Origin: Bacteroidales bacterium
Lineage (GTDB): Bacteria; Bacteroidota; Bacteroidia; Bacteroidales; UBA3663
NCBI GenBank assembly: GCA_045628985.1
Contig: JAZQQH010000065.1
Coordinates: 181,514 to 245,513 of the forward strand
DNA length: 64,000 nucleotides
Direction: 5' to 3'
Of the stretch, positions 27,735 through 38,272 are shown in pieces. Under the pieces are notes generated by a model, which saw only the letters and a list, made by a program, of their open reading frames with translations, had not been told where the DNA came from and ran no database searches. A program made the position numbers and the translations under genes. Every line of letters starts with the position of its first letter. The stretch's first letter is position 1.

Positions 27735-28601
27735 ATGGCAAATCAGCAACCAAACAAGAAACTCAGCGCAGGATGTCTCATCTCTGTATTCTGCTGCATC
27801 GTCATCACCATCATCCTGGCCAACAGCTGCACTGTGGTCGACTCTGGTGAGATCGGTATCAAGTTCCACAAGTGGTCGAGCAACGAGCAGGATTACGGTG
27901 GAGTTGAAGGTACATGCAAAGGTTGGGTATTCTACAATCCTATCACCTCGAGTGTCTTCACCTACCCTACCTACATCCAGCGTAAGAACTACGAGCCATT
28001 CAACGTCAATGCGAAGGACGCTTCGGTCTTCAAGATGGATCCTACCATCGCCTACCGCATCAATCCAGAGAAGGCTTGTGATATCTTCACCAAATATCGT
28101 AAAGGTATTGAGGATCTGGAGAATGGCTATATCCGCACCTGCATCTATGAGGCCTATCGAACCTGTGCTAACCGCTATTCGAGCGACTCGCTGATGTCCA
28201 ATCGTGCCAACTTCGAGAATGACGTCCGTGTACGTCTGGAGTCAAGCCTCATGGCCGAAGGCTTCATCGTCGAAGAGTTCACCTCTCAGATCACCCCACC
28301 TGAGTCATTGGCTCAGATGATCAATGAGAAGAACGCGGCCGTACAGTCAGCACTCAAGGCCGAGAACAAGGTCAAGGAGGCTGAAGCAGAGGCAAAGATC
28401 AAGATCGCAGAAGCTAAGGGTGCTGCAGAAGCCATGCAGATCAAGGCCGACGCTGAAGCATACTACAACCGCACCATCTCTGCATCCCTCTCTCCTCTCA
28501 TCGTACAGGAAGACTGGATCGAGAAGTGGAACGGCACCGTACCAACCGTAGTAGGCGGTTCGAACATGATGTTCGACATGAGCAAGTTCACCTCAAAGTA
28601 A
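27735..28601 (+). CDS. SPFH/band-7 (prohibitin-like) membrane protein
   Basis: N-terminal TM segment, VDSGEIGI, Ala/Glu coiled coil, IEKWNGTVP. Confidence 0.88.
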   Translation: MANQQPNKKLSAGCLISVFCCIVITIILANSCTVVDSGEIGIKFHKWSSNEQDYGGVEGTCKGWVFYNPITSSVFTYPTYIQRKNYEPFNVNAKDASVFKMDPTIAYRINPEKACDIFTKYRKGIEDLENGYIRTCIYEAYRTCANRYSSDSLMSNRANFENDVRVRLESSLMAEGFIVEEFTSQITPPESLAQMINEKNAAVQSALKAENKVKEAEAEAKIKIAEAKGAAEAMQIKADAEAYYNRTISASLSPLIVQEDWIEKWNGTVPTVVGGSNMMFDMSKFTSK

Positions 28602-28623
28602 GTTGAAGAACAATTAAATCAGA

Positions 28624-28667
28624 ATCACCACCAGCGTTGCGCAATGCAGGAACGCTGGTGGTGATAT
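28624..28667. terminator. Hairpin atcaccacc...ggtggtgat (related copy at 32429-32472)
   Basis: atcaccaccagcgtt...aacgctggtggtgat. Confidence 0.6.
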
Positions 28668-28684
28668 TATATAAAGGTGTCAAT

Positions 28685-28902
28685 AACGATGGCATATCTT
28701 CCACGGTACCATGGAAAGGATGCCGCGATGATGGCATATCTGCCACTGTACCGTGGAAAGGATGCCGTGACGAAGCCATCTCCTACACCGTACACTGGGG
28801 AGGATGCCGTGACGAAGCCATCTCCTGCACCGTACACTGGGGAGGATGCCGTGACGAAGCCATCTCCTGCACCGTACACTGGGGAGGATGACGCGACGAA
28901 GG
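28685..28902. repeat. 42-bp tandem repeat, about 5 copies
   Basis: GATG(C/A)C recurs at 28719, 28761, 28803, 28845 and 28887; two unit variants. Confidence 0.9.
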
Positions 28903-29055
28903 ATACACTTCTATCCTTTAGAAGCATAGTTTTATGATTGTATTACAAAATACTTTGTAAAAAGAAGTACTTTTTCGATTATAATTTGGTAATATAAAAA
29001 CTTATATTTATATTTGCAGCGGATAATCACTTCCTCACTAATCACGGATATCCTT

Positions 29056-30840
29056 ATGAACAAAAGCTCGAAGCTGAAGATGACCCTGCGAATACTGCTC
29101 ACCCTGTTTGTAGTATTCACCATTGGCAACATTGCAGCCCTTCAATATAGCAAGAAGAAAATTCTGGAAGAAGCCGACGTGGTTGCCACGCGCGACATGG
29201 ACAATCTGTTGCTTCATGCCGACAAACTGCTCACCGAATGCCAGACCTCCGGTTACAACCTGCGAGGCCTGCTCGGGTATGAAACCATTGGATCGGACAG
29301 CCTCAACAACGTACTCGAGTCATTCCTGAAGGTCAATCCTCACCTCTACGGAGTGGTGACGGCGTTTGATCCTTCTCAACTCAAGCGCTTCGGCATCAAG
29401 GCTCCCGCCATCTTTATGTACGGTCATAAGAATCAGGGATATAGGACTATACATCTCGACAGTATCTATGACTATACGCAGTCGGAATGGTACTCTAAGA
29501 CCAAGAATCTCAATCATTCCAACTGGGGACATCCGATTATTGCCTCCGATGGAACTCTGCTGGCTCCATTCTGCATGCCTATGCGGACGCCAGAGGGTGA
29601 GTTCCTGGGAGTCCTCTCTGTCGATATCCAGCTTGAGGAGTTGAGCGAAGCCCTGGATAAGGCTGCACCTTTTCCTGATGCAATCGTGACGATGATGGAC
29701 GATCAGTTCCGCTTCGTCACACATCCTAATAAGGATTACGTCCTCAAGATGTCGCTCGACTCTCTTTTGCATACATCCACCGTGCAGGTCAACGAGAGTA
29801 TCTTTGTTGAGATGAAGGAGGCCAAGCGCGGATCGAGTTCGTATGGCAAGGACGAGGAGTCTCGACTGATCTATTACGCTCCGGTAGAGAAGGCCAACTG
29901 GACCATCACCATCGACTGTTCTTACAATGACATCTATGCTCCCGTTGAGGACATGAAGTTAGGCATGTTGCTTAATATGCTATTCGGCATGGCTATCTTC
30001 CTGTTTGTCTGCTGGAAGCTCGTTAAGCGTGTCGAACAGTTTGAGAAAACAGCAGCTGCCAAGGCTGCCATCCAGGGAGAATTGAACATCGCAGCAGCTA
30101 TTCAGAAAGGCATGTTGCCTAAGCTCTATCCTCCCTTCCCCGAGGTGGAAGAACTCGATGTCTTTGGCACGTTGATCCCGGCCAAGGAGGTAGGTGGCGA
30201 CCTGTTCGACTACTTCATCCGTGACGGAAAGTTCTTCTTCTGCATCGGTGATGTCTCGGGCAAGGGAGTTCCTGCGTCGCTCTTCATGGCCGTACTCCGC
30301 TCGCTGTTCCGCAACGTTTCGCTCCATGCTACCAGTCCTGCCGAGATTGCTTCATCGCTCAACAAAGCCCTCTCTGAAGGCAATGAGCAGAACATGTTCT
30401 GCACGATGTTCCTCGGCGTACTCGACTATAAGACAGGCCTCTTACGCTTCTGTAACTGTGGTCACAACAAACCAGTGGTTCGTCACATCACGTCTGATAA
30501 TCAGTTCGATGTACACTACGAACAGATCAATACAAATATTGCCGTGGGTATCCTCGATGACTTCCCTTATGCCGAGGAAGAAGCCACGATGAAACCCGGC
30601 GAGGCCATCTTCCTCTACACCGATGGTGTCACAGAAGCAGAGAGCGCTGACAAGAAACTCTACGGCGAGGACCGACTGTTGCAAGCCTTGGCCAACGCTC
30701 GCAGCCATAACGCCCACACTGCCAAGGACTTCGTCGAAGCCATCTATACCGATGTCGAGTCATTTGCCGAGATTGGCTACCAGAGTGACGACATCACCAT
30801 GGTCGTTGTCGAGTACAAGGGTCCTAAGTCAAAGTCTTAA
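29056..30840 (+). CDS. Cache-domain SpoIIE/PP2C phosphatase (RsbU-like)
   Basis: Two TM segments around a Cache-like domain; EVGGDLFD, IGDVSGKGVPA, LYTDGVTEA, DDIT. Confidence 0.92.
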   Translation: MNKSSKLKMTLRILLTLFVVFTIGNIAALQYSKKKILEEADVVATRDMDNLLLHADKLLTECQTSGYNLRGLLGYETIGSDSLNNVLESFLKVNPHLYGVVTAFDPSQLKRFGIKAPAIFMYGHKNQGYRTIHLDSIYDYTQSEWYSKTKNLNHSNWGHPIIASDGTLLAPFCMPMRTPEGEFLGVLSVDIQLEELSEALDKAAPFPDAIVTMMDDQFRFVTHPNKDYVLKMSLDSLLHTSTVQVNESIFVEMKEAKRGSSSYGKDEESRLIYYAPVEKANWTITIDCSYNDIYAPVEDMKLGMLLNMLFGMAIFLFVCWKLVKRVEQFEKTAAAKAAIQGELNIAAAIQKGMLPKLYPPFPEVEELDVFGTLIPAKEVGGDLFDYFIRDGKFFFCIGDVSGKGVPASLFMAVLRSLFRNVSLHATSPAEIASSLNKALSEGNEQNMFCTMFLGVLDYKTGLLRFCNCGHNKPVVRHITSDNQFDVHYEQINTNIAVGILDDFPYAEEEATMKPGEAIFLYTDGVTEAESADKKLYGEDRLLQALANARSHNAHTAKDFVEAIYTDVESFAEIGYQSDDITMVVVEYKGPKSKS

Positions 30841-30854
30841 AAGCATATAGTCCT

Positions 30855-31622
30855 ATGAATGAAGATAAGCAAAAACAAGTCTTAACACATCTCCAGCTGC
30901 TTCGCCAGCTAAAGGAACAAGCCGTATCAGCGGCAGAAGCACTTCCTGCCTGTGATGCTGCAATGGAAGTCTATGGTCCGATGGCCGAAGACCTTGGCCT
31001 GCACCATGAGCAGTATGAAATGCTCAACTTGGCCGTCGAACTCGGTCATCCTGAGGACTATCAGAAACTCAAGCGCCTGCTTTTTGACTCAGAAGCTATG
31101 TGCGAGATCGTCTTCAAGACCTTCTCCCTCCCTATCTGTTCGATGCTCGACAGCCTCGGCCTTGAGTACACCTTCCAGTACCGCATGAAGTCGGTTTATA
31201 GCATCTGGCGTAAGATGCGCGTCGATCATAAAGAGTTCGATGATGTCTATGACCTCTTTGCTACTCGCATCGTCTATAAGGTCCCTGAGAATATTTCTAC
31301 TCTCAATGAAGGTAACTGCATGGAGCAGAATCCTGAGGTCGAGCAGGTCAAGGGACAGACGTTGGAAGGTCTCGACGCCGAGCGTCTCTGGTGCTGGAAA
31401 GTCTATACCGTCATCAGTTCGCTCTATCGCATCCATCCTGACCGCATCAAGGACTGGGTGTCTCATCCTAAACCTTCTGGTTACCAGGCCCTCCAGCTCA
31501 CGGTTATGGGACCGGATTGTAACTGGATTGAGATACAGATACGTTCGGAGCGCATGGATTACGAGGCGGAATATGGTAGCGCAAGCCATGCACTCTACAA
31601 GCAGGAGAAACCGGTTAAATAA
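30855..31622 (+). CDS. Stand-alone RelA/SpoT nucleotidyltransferase domain protein (small alarmone synthetase-like)
   Basis: RMKSVYSIWRKM, DLFATRI, KDWVSHPKPSGYQAL, IEIQIRSERM, AEYGSASH..YK. Confidence 0.85.
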   Translation: MNEDKQKQVLTHLQLLRQLKEQAVSAAEALPACDAAMEVYGPMAEDLGLHHEQYEMLNLAVELGHPEDYQKLKRLLFDSEAMCEIVFKTFSLPICSMLDSLGLEYTFQYRMKSVYSIWRKMRVDHKEFDDVYDLFATRIVYKVPENISTLNEGNCMEQNPEVEQVKGQTLEGLDAERLWCWKVYTVISSLYRIHPDRIKDWVSHPKPSGYQALQLTVMGPDCNWIEIQIRSERMDYEAEYGSASHALYKQEKPVK

Positions 31623-31683
31623 TTCTTATTGACCGGCAGAAGATAACTTATTGCAGAAAACTAATAACTTTATACATAGCCCT

Positions 31684-31986
31684 ATGGAAATTAAAATCAA
31701 CATTCAGCCATCAACCGCTGAAGCTCAGCTGAATGGCCGTCTTGACACAGCAGCCTCATCACAGTTCGCTACTGATATGCAGCCTCTTATGGACAATGCA
31801 GACAAGGCTATCACCCTTGATTGTGCCGGTCTTGACTTCATCTCATCAAGCGGACTTCGCCTCTTCCTCAGCCTCCGCAAGCAGACCATTGCCAAGGGTG
31901 GTAAGGTGATCATTACCAACATGAACCCTGAAGTTAAGCAGGTATTCGCCATTACTGGTTTCACCGCTCTCTTCGAATTCAAATAA
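31684..31986 (+). CDS. STAS anti-sigma-factor antagonist (RsbV-like)
   Basis: GRLDT, LDFISSSGLR, VFAITGF. Confidence 0.92.
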   Translation: MEIKINIQPSTAEAQLNGRLDTAASSQFATDMQPLMDNADKAITLDCAGLDFISSSGLRLFLSLRKQTIAKGGKVIITNMNPEVKQVFAITGFTALFEFK

Positions 31987-31989
31987 AAC

Positions 31990-32409
31990 ATGCTAACGCT
32001 CACGATTCATAACGATGTGTCAGAGATGGCAGCGTTGGAGCCATTCGTAGAACAGATCAGTGAGGAATATGGCCTGGACATGGCTTTTTCCTTCCAACTG
32101 CAACTGTCGCTCGACGAAGCCGTCTCCAATGTTGTCAACTATGCTTATGGTGAGCAAAAAGACATGCCAATCACGATCGAAGCTCAAGAGACGACTGAAG
32201 GAGAACGACGTCAGCTGGAACTTCGACTCATCGACAATGGTGTGGAGTTCAATCCATTAGCTGAAGCTCCAGATGTCGATGTTACGCTCAGCGCCGAAGA
32301 TCGTCAAGTCGGCGGTCTTGGAATCTTCCTTATCCGCCAGGTTATGGACGAAGTAAGCTATGAGCGAAAGTCTGATCAGAACCTGCTCACTATGATCAAA
32401 TACCTTTAG
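31990..32409 (+). CDS. Anti-sigma factor Ser/Thr kinase (RsbW-like, HATPase_c_2)
   Basis: DEAVSNVVNYAY, DNGVEFNP, GGLGIFLIRQVMD. Confidence 0.92.
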   Translation: MLTLTIHNDVSEMAALEPFVEQISEEYGLDMAFSFQLQLSLDEAVSNVVNYAYGEQKDMPITIEAQETTEGERRQLELRLIDNGVEFNPLAEAPDVDVTLSAEDRQVGGLGIFLIRQVMDEVSYERKSDQNLLTMIKYL

Positions 32410-32513
32410 TCGACTCCTAAAATAATAAATATCACCACCTTCACTACAATGCTGTAGCGTTGGTGGTGATATTTTGTTCTCAGCTTTATCTTAAGCGCTA
32501 ATGAGTAGCAGAA

Positions 32514-32870
32514 TTATTGTCCGAGGATTCCTTCAAGAATACCTTTGAGAATGCCAGATCCCTCATTGACATAAGTAGAGATCCAGTTGACAACCTTCTG
32601 TACTTTACTCTTGGCAAACTTTGCCACACAGCGGCCTTTGAGTTCGCCATATTCTTTCGACTGCTGAGGAGTGAGTTTCGTCTCGTCCATCTTCTCATCA
32701 ATGGACTTATACTTCTCGAGAGCATTTTCCCAGTCTTCCATTGTGTAGCGGTCGCCACGGGCCTCAATACGTTCTGTCAACGTACGCATCTGACCTAAAG
32801 CGCGGCGCTCAGTGCTGCAAGATGAAAGTAGCAATGTGGAAAATGCGATGAGAATAAATAGTTTCTTCAT
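32514..32870 (-). CDS. Hypothetical lipoprotein
   Basis: Signal peptide with LSSC lipobox. Confidence 0.75.
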   Translation of the reverse strand: MKKLFILIAFSTLLLSSCSTERRALGQMRTLTERIEARGDRYTMEDWENALEKYKSIDEKMDETKLTPQQSKEYGELKGRCVAKFAKSKVQKVVNWISTYVNEGSGILKGILEGILGQ

Positions 32871-32885
32871 AGTCAGAAAAACTAA

Positions 32886-34277
32886 TTACTTGTTACGAGC
32901 CTCGATCTCCTTGTTGATCTCATCGATCTTGTCGTCGGTCAACTCATACTTAGAGATGATGAACATAGCAAGAAGGAGGAGTGCAGCAGGGATGACACAT
33001 ACGAGCCAGAGGATACCCTCCTCAGCCATTGGAGACTGCTCAATGCTATCGCTGTTGTAAGCTACATAACCAAGAACGAGAGGAGTAACGATACCGCCGA
33101 GGGTCATACCAGCCTTGAAGAAGATACCAGTCAATGCATTGACGATACCAGCGATACGCTTGCCGCTCTTCCACTCACCGTAAGAGATAACCTCAGGTAC
33201 GAGAGCCCACATGTAACCAGTAGCAACGATGACACCGGTAGACTTGATGAACTGTGCGATGTAGATCCAGGTCATGCTTGGCTCATCCATCTTGGCAATG
33301 ACATAAAGCATAGCCATACCGAGGATAGCGCAACCGAGGAATGCATAGAACATGTTCTTCTTACCGATAGCCTTCTTGATAGCAGGAACGAGTGGCATGA
33401 AGATGAATGAAGGAATAGAACCCAATGCCATGAAGATAGACAACTGAGCTGCAGTACCATGCATGTTACTGTTCATGAAGTATGCACCAGCAGCGTTGCC
33501 GATAGACATCATTGCGAATGCGGTGATGAAGAAGAATGCAATGACACGGAGAGGACGGTTGCTACCGAACTCCATCCAGAGGTCAGAGATCTTCACGTTC
33601 TCACTGTCCTTAGCATCCATAACGACACGCTCCTTACACTGCGAGAAGCAGAAGATGAGGAGTGCCATACCTACGATAGCGTAGATAGACATGGTGATGA
33701 ACCAAGCGTGTGAGTCCTTAGGAAGCTCATCGCCAGCAGCTACTGCGAAGAGGCCGATGACCAAAGGAAGACCAGAGTTAACTGCCAGACCACCGACATT
33801 GGCCATGAACATACGAACAGAGGTCAGGATGGTGATCTCCTCGGTATCACGGGTCAATGATGAGTTCAAAGCACCGTAAGGTACATTAATAAACGTATAG
33901 AGCAAGGTCATTGCAATATAAGTAATGTACGCATAGATGATCGAAGGTCTGAATCCGTCATAGAAGCAGAGGATTGCAGAGATTGACAGAGGTACACCTA
34001 CATAAAGCAAGTAAGAACGATACTTACCGAACTTAGGATTGCTCTTATCGATAATAGCACCTACGATAGGGTCCCAGATTACGTTCAATACGTTACCGAC
34101 GGTGAACATCAATGCAACAGCAGCAGCATCGAGGCCATAGATATCGGTAAAGAAGAAGGTCAGATAAGTACAGGTTACCTGGAAAATCAGGTTCTGAGCA
34201 AGGTCACCAGAGCCGAAGCCGATGCGTTGTGTCCAATTTAGTTTATAGAAGCCTTTAGCTTCATCTACATTTGCCAT
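32886..34277 (-). CDS. Glycoside-pentoside-hexuronide (GPH) MFS symporter, likely xyloside transporter
   Basis: WDPIVGAIIDK..KFGKYR, NVPYGAL, about 12 TM segments; adjacent to a GH43 gene. Confidence 0.9.
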   Translation of the reverse strand: MANVDEAKGFYKLNWTQRIGFGSGDLAQNLIFQVTCTYLTFFFTDIYGLDAAAVALMFTVGNVLNVIWDPIVGAIIDKSNPKFGKYRSYLLYVGVPLSISAILCFYDGFRPSIIYAYITYIAMTLLYTFINVPYGALNSSLTRDTEEITILTSVRMFMANVGGLAVNSGLPLVIGLFAVAAGDELPKDSHAWFITMSIYAIVGMALLIFCFSQCKERVVMDAKDSENVKISDLWMEFGSNRPLRVIAFFFITAFAMMSIGNAAGAYFMNSNMHGTAAQLSIFMALGSIPSFIFMPLVPAIKKAIGKKNMFYAFLGCAILGMAMLYVIAKMDEPSMTWIYIAQFIKSTGVIVATGYMWALVPEVISYGEWKSGKRIAGIVNALTGIFFKAGMTLGGIVTPLVLGYVAYNSDSIEQSPMAEEGILWLVCVIPAALLLLAMFIISKYELTDDKIDEINKEIEARNK

Positions 34278-34293
34278 GATATTAAAGTTTTAT

Positions 34294-35319
34294 TTAGTCG
34301 ATACCAGGAATTGTCTTGATCTTGCCATCTACCCACTCGATCTCGCAAACCTTCAAGCTACGGAGCCAAGACTTGCCACCTGAAGGTACTGAGTCATGGT
34401 GGAAGAGATACCACTTGCCCTTGAACTCGATGATAGCGTGGTGAGTGGTCCAACCTACTACTGGAGTAAGGATCTCACCCTGATAGGTGAATGGGCCGTA
34501 AGGATTGTCACCTACAGCATAGCAGAGGAGGTGGCTGTCACCGGTAGAATAAGAGAAGTAGTACTTGCCATCCTTCTTGAAGGTCCAAGAAGCCTCGAAG
34601 AAGCGGTGAGGATCGTTAGCCTTGAGAGGCTGGCCATTCTCGTCGACAACGAGGATTGGACGTGGAGCCTCAGCATAGTTCAGACCATCCTTAGTCAAGC
34701 GTACGCAACGGCTTGGGAGAGCGTCAGCATCACCCTCTGGGAGATATGGAGTCTCAAGGTGGATGTTATCCTTGTAGCGCTGGAGCTGGCCACCCCAGAG
34801 GCCACCGAAGTATACATAGACCTCGCCATCAGCGTCGTCCTTGAAAGCGCACATATCGATGCTGTAGCTTCCAGGTACTGGTGCTGGCTGTGGGATGAAT
34901 GGACCTGCAGGATTGTCGGCAATAGCAGTACCCCAGTGGAATACGTCGTTGCGATCCTTGAGAGGGAAATACATGATATACTTCTTGACCTTCTTGCTGA
35001 AGCCCATGCCAGCAGCCTGCTCCTCAGCGTTGGTAGGAACCTCCTGGATGTACTCCTGTACGTCGCAGTCCCAGAGCTGGCGGCCAGCCCAAGGGATGTC
35101 CTCCTGACGGAGCACACAGCCGTGGTCAGTAACCTCACCGGTCATTGGATCACCATCAATAGAAAGAACATGATAGTCCTTCATGATATACTGGTCACCA
35201 TTGTCATTCTCTACGTTCGAAGCCTCCCAGTCGTGGCTTGGATAAATGTAGATCTTACCATCAAATACATGTACTGATGGATCTGCCATGTAGTCGGCAG
35301 GGAAAAGATAGCGTTTCAT
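34294..35319 (-). CDS. GH43 beta-xylosidase/alpha-arabinofuranosidase
   Basis: ADPSVHVFDGKIYIYPSHD, SID, FGGLWGGQLQ, FFEA, VGWTTHH. Confidence 0.93.
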   Translation of the reverse strand: MKRYLFPADYMADPSVHVFDGKIYIYPSHDWEASNVENDNGDQYIMKDYHVLSIDGDPMTGEVTDHGCVLRQEDIPWAGRQLWDCDVQEYIQEVPTNAEEQAAGMGFSKKVKKYIMYFPLKDRNDVFHWGTAIADNPAGPFIPQPAPVPGSYSIDMCAFKDDADGEVYVYFGGLWGGQLQRYKDNIHLETPYLPEGDADALPSRCVRLTKDGLNYAEAPRPILVVDENGQPLKANDPHRFFEASWTFKKDGKYYFSYSTGDSHLLCYAVGDNPYGPFTYQGEILTPVVGWTTHHAIIEFKGKWYLFHHDSVPSGGKSWLRSLKVCEIEWVDGKIKTIPGID

Positions 35320-35420
35320 TTTCTTAAGGTAATATAAATTGTGATTAAAATGTTTTCAGCGGCAAAGATAATAGTTTTTGTCGAGAAAAAGAACAATTTC
35401 TGTGACAAAAATCTCTAAAA

Positions 35421-35435
35421 TCGTAACATTAACGA
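35421..35435. promoter_or_regulatory. Candidate NrtR/XylR operator
   Basis: tcGTaacattaACga fits the GT-N7-AC NrtR-family pattern; lies in the divergent promoter region; near-copy at 35498-35508. Confidence 0.45.
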
Positions 35436-35533
35436 AAAATAACGCAATTTTAATTGCTTTCTTGACTAATTGTAACTATATTTGCAGCACATTATAAGTA
35501 ACATTACCCAAATACTAATCATACCAAGACTCC

Positions 35534-37546
35534 ATGAGAAGAGCACTTTTGACCTCTTTCCTGCTATCGACCGTATGCCTCTCTGCTATGGCCGAAGTCA
35601 AGTTGCCACGCTTCATCAGCGATGGCATGGTATTGCAGCGCAATAACACTCCATGCATCTGGGGTAGCGCAGCTCCTAATGAAAACATCGACATCACTTT
35701 CCTCAAAAAGAAATATAAGGCCACAGCCAATGCAGACGGCAAGTGGAGCGTCGCCATCCCTACTACCAACAAGAAGATGATCGGCGGCCCTTACACCGTC
35801 AAGATCGAAGGATCAGAGACCGCTGAGCCTATTATATTAAAAGATGTGTATGTAGGAGACGTCTGGCTCTGCACGGGTCAGTCGAACATGGACCTCCACA
35901 CCGCACGTCTTGTAGATCTCTATAAGGAAGAATTCGATACCGACAGCAATCCTGCCATCCACTTGGTGCAGACGGCTCGCAATCCTACTCTCGATGATCC
36001 TAAGGACGACGTGGATGGCCACGGCGGCTTCTACGCTTGGGAGTCGATGAAGCCAGAGAATGTCGGTCACTGGTCAGGTATCGGTTACTTCCTCGCCAAG
36101 GAGATGTATAAGGCCTCGAAGGGTGTACCACAGGGTATCATCAGCGCCAGCATGGGCGGCTCAGACATCGTAGCATGGTGCAGCAATGAGGTACTCACCG
36201 AATTAGCTCCAAACCATGTGACACGACGTGCACACCTCAAGCGCGACGGCTATTCTCAGCGCGCCAGCCAGCTAGGTGGCGTCATCGGCAGCACCTATTC
36301 CAAGCTTCGTGATGAGAATGATCCAGGTCTCTCAGAGAAATGGATGAACGAGAATATCGACGAGAGCCAGTGGGAAGTTGTCAATCAGTACGATCCTAAG
36401 CTCGGCGATGCAGATGGTCAGTCATGGGTCGGCTCATTGTGGTTGCGCAAGGAATTCAATGTTCCAGCAGACATGGTCGGCAAGGACTCGCTCCTCCGCC
36501 TCGGCTGTCTCGTCGATGCAGATGTCACTTATGTCAATGGCGTGAAGGTCGGCGAGACAGGTTATCAGTATCCTCCTCGCAAGTATACCATTCCACAGGG
36601 AGTCCTCAAGGCAGGTCGTAACGTCGTGACTATCCGACTCATGAGCGGCGGTCAGCGTATGATGTTCATGCCAGAGAAACCATATAAGCTCATCTTCCAC
36701 GGTGGAAAGGAGATCAGCCTCGAAGGCGACTGGAAATTGCGTCGCGGCGTCCTGATGCCAAATCAGCCAGGTGTGAATAATGTCAGCAACGCTACCGCCT
36801 CTTCGCTCTATGCCAATGTCATCCACCCTCTCCTACCTTATCGCGTAGCTGGTATCATCTGGTATCAGGGAGAGACCAACGCAGGTCGTCCAGACGAGTA
36901 TCATACCCTCCTCCCAGCCATGATCAATGACTGGCGCAAGAGCTATGGCGACGTTCCTGCGGTGATCTGTGGCTTGGCCAACTTCCAGGAGAGCCATACC
37001 GATGCCAATTACTATGGCGGTTGGGCTCGTCTACGTGACGCTCAGCGTCTCGGCACCCAGGAAATGGGCAATGCAGGCTTTGCCGTATTGACCGATCTCG
37101 GTGAGTGGAACGATATCCACCCACTGCATAAGAAGGAAGCTGCAGCGCGTATTGCCCGCATCCTTCGTCAGCGCCATCTTGGCGAGAAGATTGTGGCCGA
37201 AGGTCCAGCTTACGAGAGCGTCCGCTTCGAGGGCAACAAGGCCATCCTGACCTTCCGTGCCGGTACTGGCACCCTCGCTCCTGCCCCAGCAGAGACTCCA
37301 GCCATGCATCACTACCACACTCCTGCCGTCAATGCAGACGGTACGCTCAATGGCTTTGCAGTATGTGGCAAGGATCGCAAGTTCCATTGGGCCAAGGCTC
37401 GCATCACCGGTGACAATCAGATAGAAGTATGGTGTGACGAGGTCTCTGAACCTATAGTAGTACGTTATGGTTGGGACGACGATCCTATCGTCTCGCTCTA
37501 TAATACAGACGGTCTGCCAGCAGCATCTTTCACGACTGGCAAATAA
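35534..37546 (+). CDS. Sialate O-acetylesterase (SASA) family carbohydrate esterase
   Basis: GDVWLCTGQSNM, WYQGETN, DIHP..K; signal peptide. Confidence 0.9.
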   Translation: MRRALLTSFLLSTVCLSAMAEVKLPRFISDGMVLQRNNTPCIWGSAAPNENIDITFLKKKYKATANADGKWSVAIPTTNKKMIGGPYTVKIEGSETAEPIILKDVYVGDVWLCTGQSNMDLHTARLVDLYKEEFDTDSNPAIHLVQTARNPTLDDPKDDVDGHGGFYAWESMKPENVGHWSGIGYFLAKEMYKASKGVPQGIISASMGGSDIVAWCSNEVLTELAPNHVTRRAHLKRDGYSQRASQLGGVIGSTYSKLRDENDPGLSEKWMNENIDESQWEVVNQYDPKLGDADGQSWVGSLWLRKEFNVPADMVGKDSLLRLGCLVDADVTYVNGVKVGETGYQYPPRKYTIPQGVLKAGRNVVTIRLMSGGQRMMFMPEKPYKLIFHGGKEISLEGDWKLRRGVLMPNQPGVNNVSNATASSLYANVIHPLLPYRVAGIIWYQGETNAGRPDEYHTLLPAMINDWRKSYGDVPAVICGLANFQESHTDANYYGGWARLRDAQRLGTQEMGNAGFAVLTDLGEWNDIHPLHKKEAAARIARILRQRHLGEKIVAEGPAYESVRFEGNKAILTFRAGTGTLAPAPAETPAMHHYHTPAVNADGTLNGFAVCGKDRKFHWAKARITGDNQIEVWCDEVSEPIVVRYGWDDDPIVSLYNTDGLPAASFTTGK

Positions 37547-37558
37547 CATTACCTTAAT

Positions 37559-38248
37559 ATGGAACTAAATTTTGATCCTCATATTTCCGTCGACTGTGTC
37601 GTTCTTGGCTACGACGGAGAAAACCTTCAGGTACTGCTTTCAAAGCGTGGTAGCGAAGCTCCAACCGAAGACTACACGACACTGAAGCTTCCTGGCCGAC
37701 TCCTGCACGTCGACGAAGATCTGGACGATGCAGCAGACAACATCATCAGTTCGCTCACCGGCAGCAAGCCTCGTCTGGTCCGTCAGTTCAAAGCCTACGG
37801 TTCCCCTAACCGTACTCAGGATCCTCGTGACGTGCTCTGGCTCGAGAATGCCATCAAGCAGAAGATCGGTCGTATCGTGACCATCTCCTATCTCTGTCTG
37901 ATGCGTATCACCAGCCGCACACCACGTACCTTTGCAGGAAATAACCTGACCTGGTATCCAGTCACAGATCTGCCACACCTGGCCTTCGATCATAACAAGA
38001 TCATCCAGGACACCCTGCAGGAGCTATATCGCATCGCAGGTCAGCAGCCACAACTACTTTTCGAGATGATGCCAGCCAAATTTACGGCTCTCCAGCTCCG
38101 CCACCTCCATGAGCAGATCATCGGCCAGCCACTCGACGTGCGTAACTTTGCCAAGATCGTGATGAGCAAGCCTTACATCATCCCACTCGATGAGTTTGAG
38201 CAGAATGTGAGCCACAGAGCAGCAAGATACTATAAATTCAAAGCGTAA
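37559..38248 (+). CDS. NrtR-family Nudix transcriptional regulator (XylR-like)
   Basis: SVDCVVLG, LPG, LAFDH, FTALQL, DVRNF, RAARYY; upstream of xylulokinase. Confidence 0.88.
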   Translation: MELNFDPHISVDCVVLGYDGENLQVLLSKRGSEAPTEDYTTLKLPGRLLHVDEDLDDAADNIISSLTGSKPRLVRQFKAYGSPNRTQDPRDVLWLENAIKQKIGRIVTISYLCLMRITSRTPRTFAGNNLTWYPVTDLPHLAFDHNKIIQDTLQELYRIAGQQPQLLFEMMPAKFTALQLRHLHEQIIGQPLDVRNFAKIVMSKPYIIPLDEFEQNVSHRAARYYKFKA

Positions 38249-38272
38249 TAACATTTTTAATTATATACAAAT

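Noticed and set aside
28637-28937. CRISPR array or repeat-protein ORFs
   Set aside because: Contiguous 42-bp tandem units without unique spacers and no cas genes; ORFs in several frames follow from a unit length divisible by 3
34396-35277. 293-aa antisense ORF (and similar ones opposite serS, aspS, S9 peptidase and res)
   Set aside because: Shadow ORFs caused by codon bias of the real genes on the other strand
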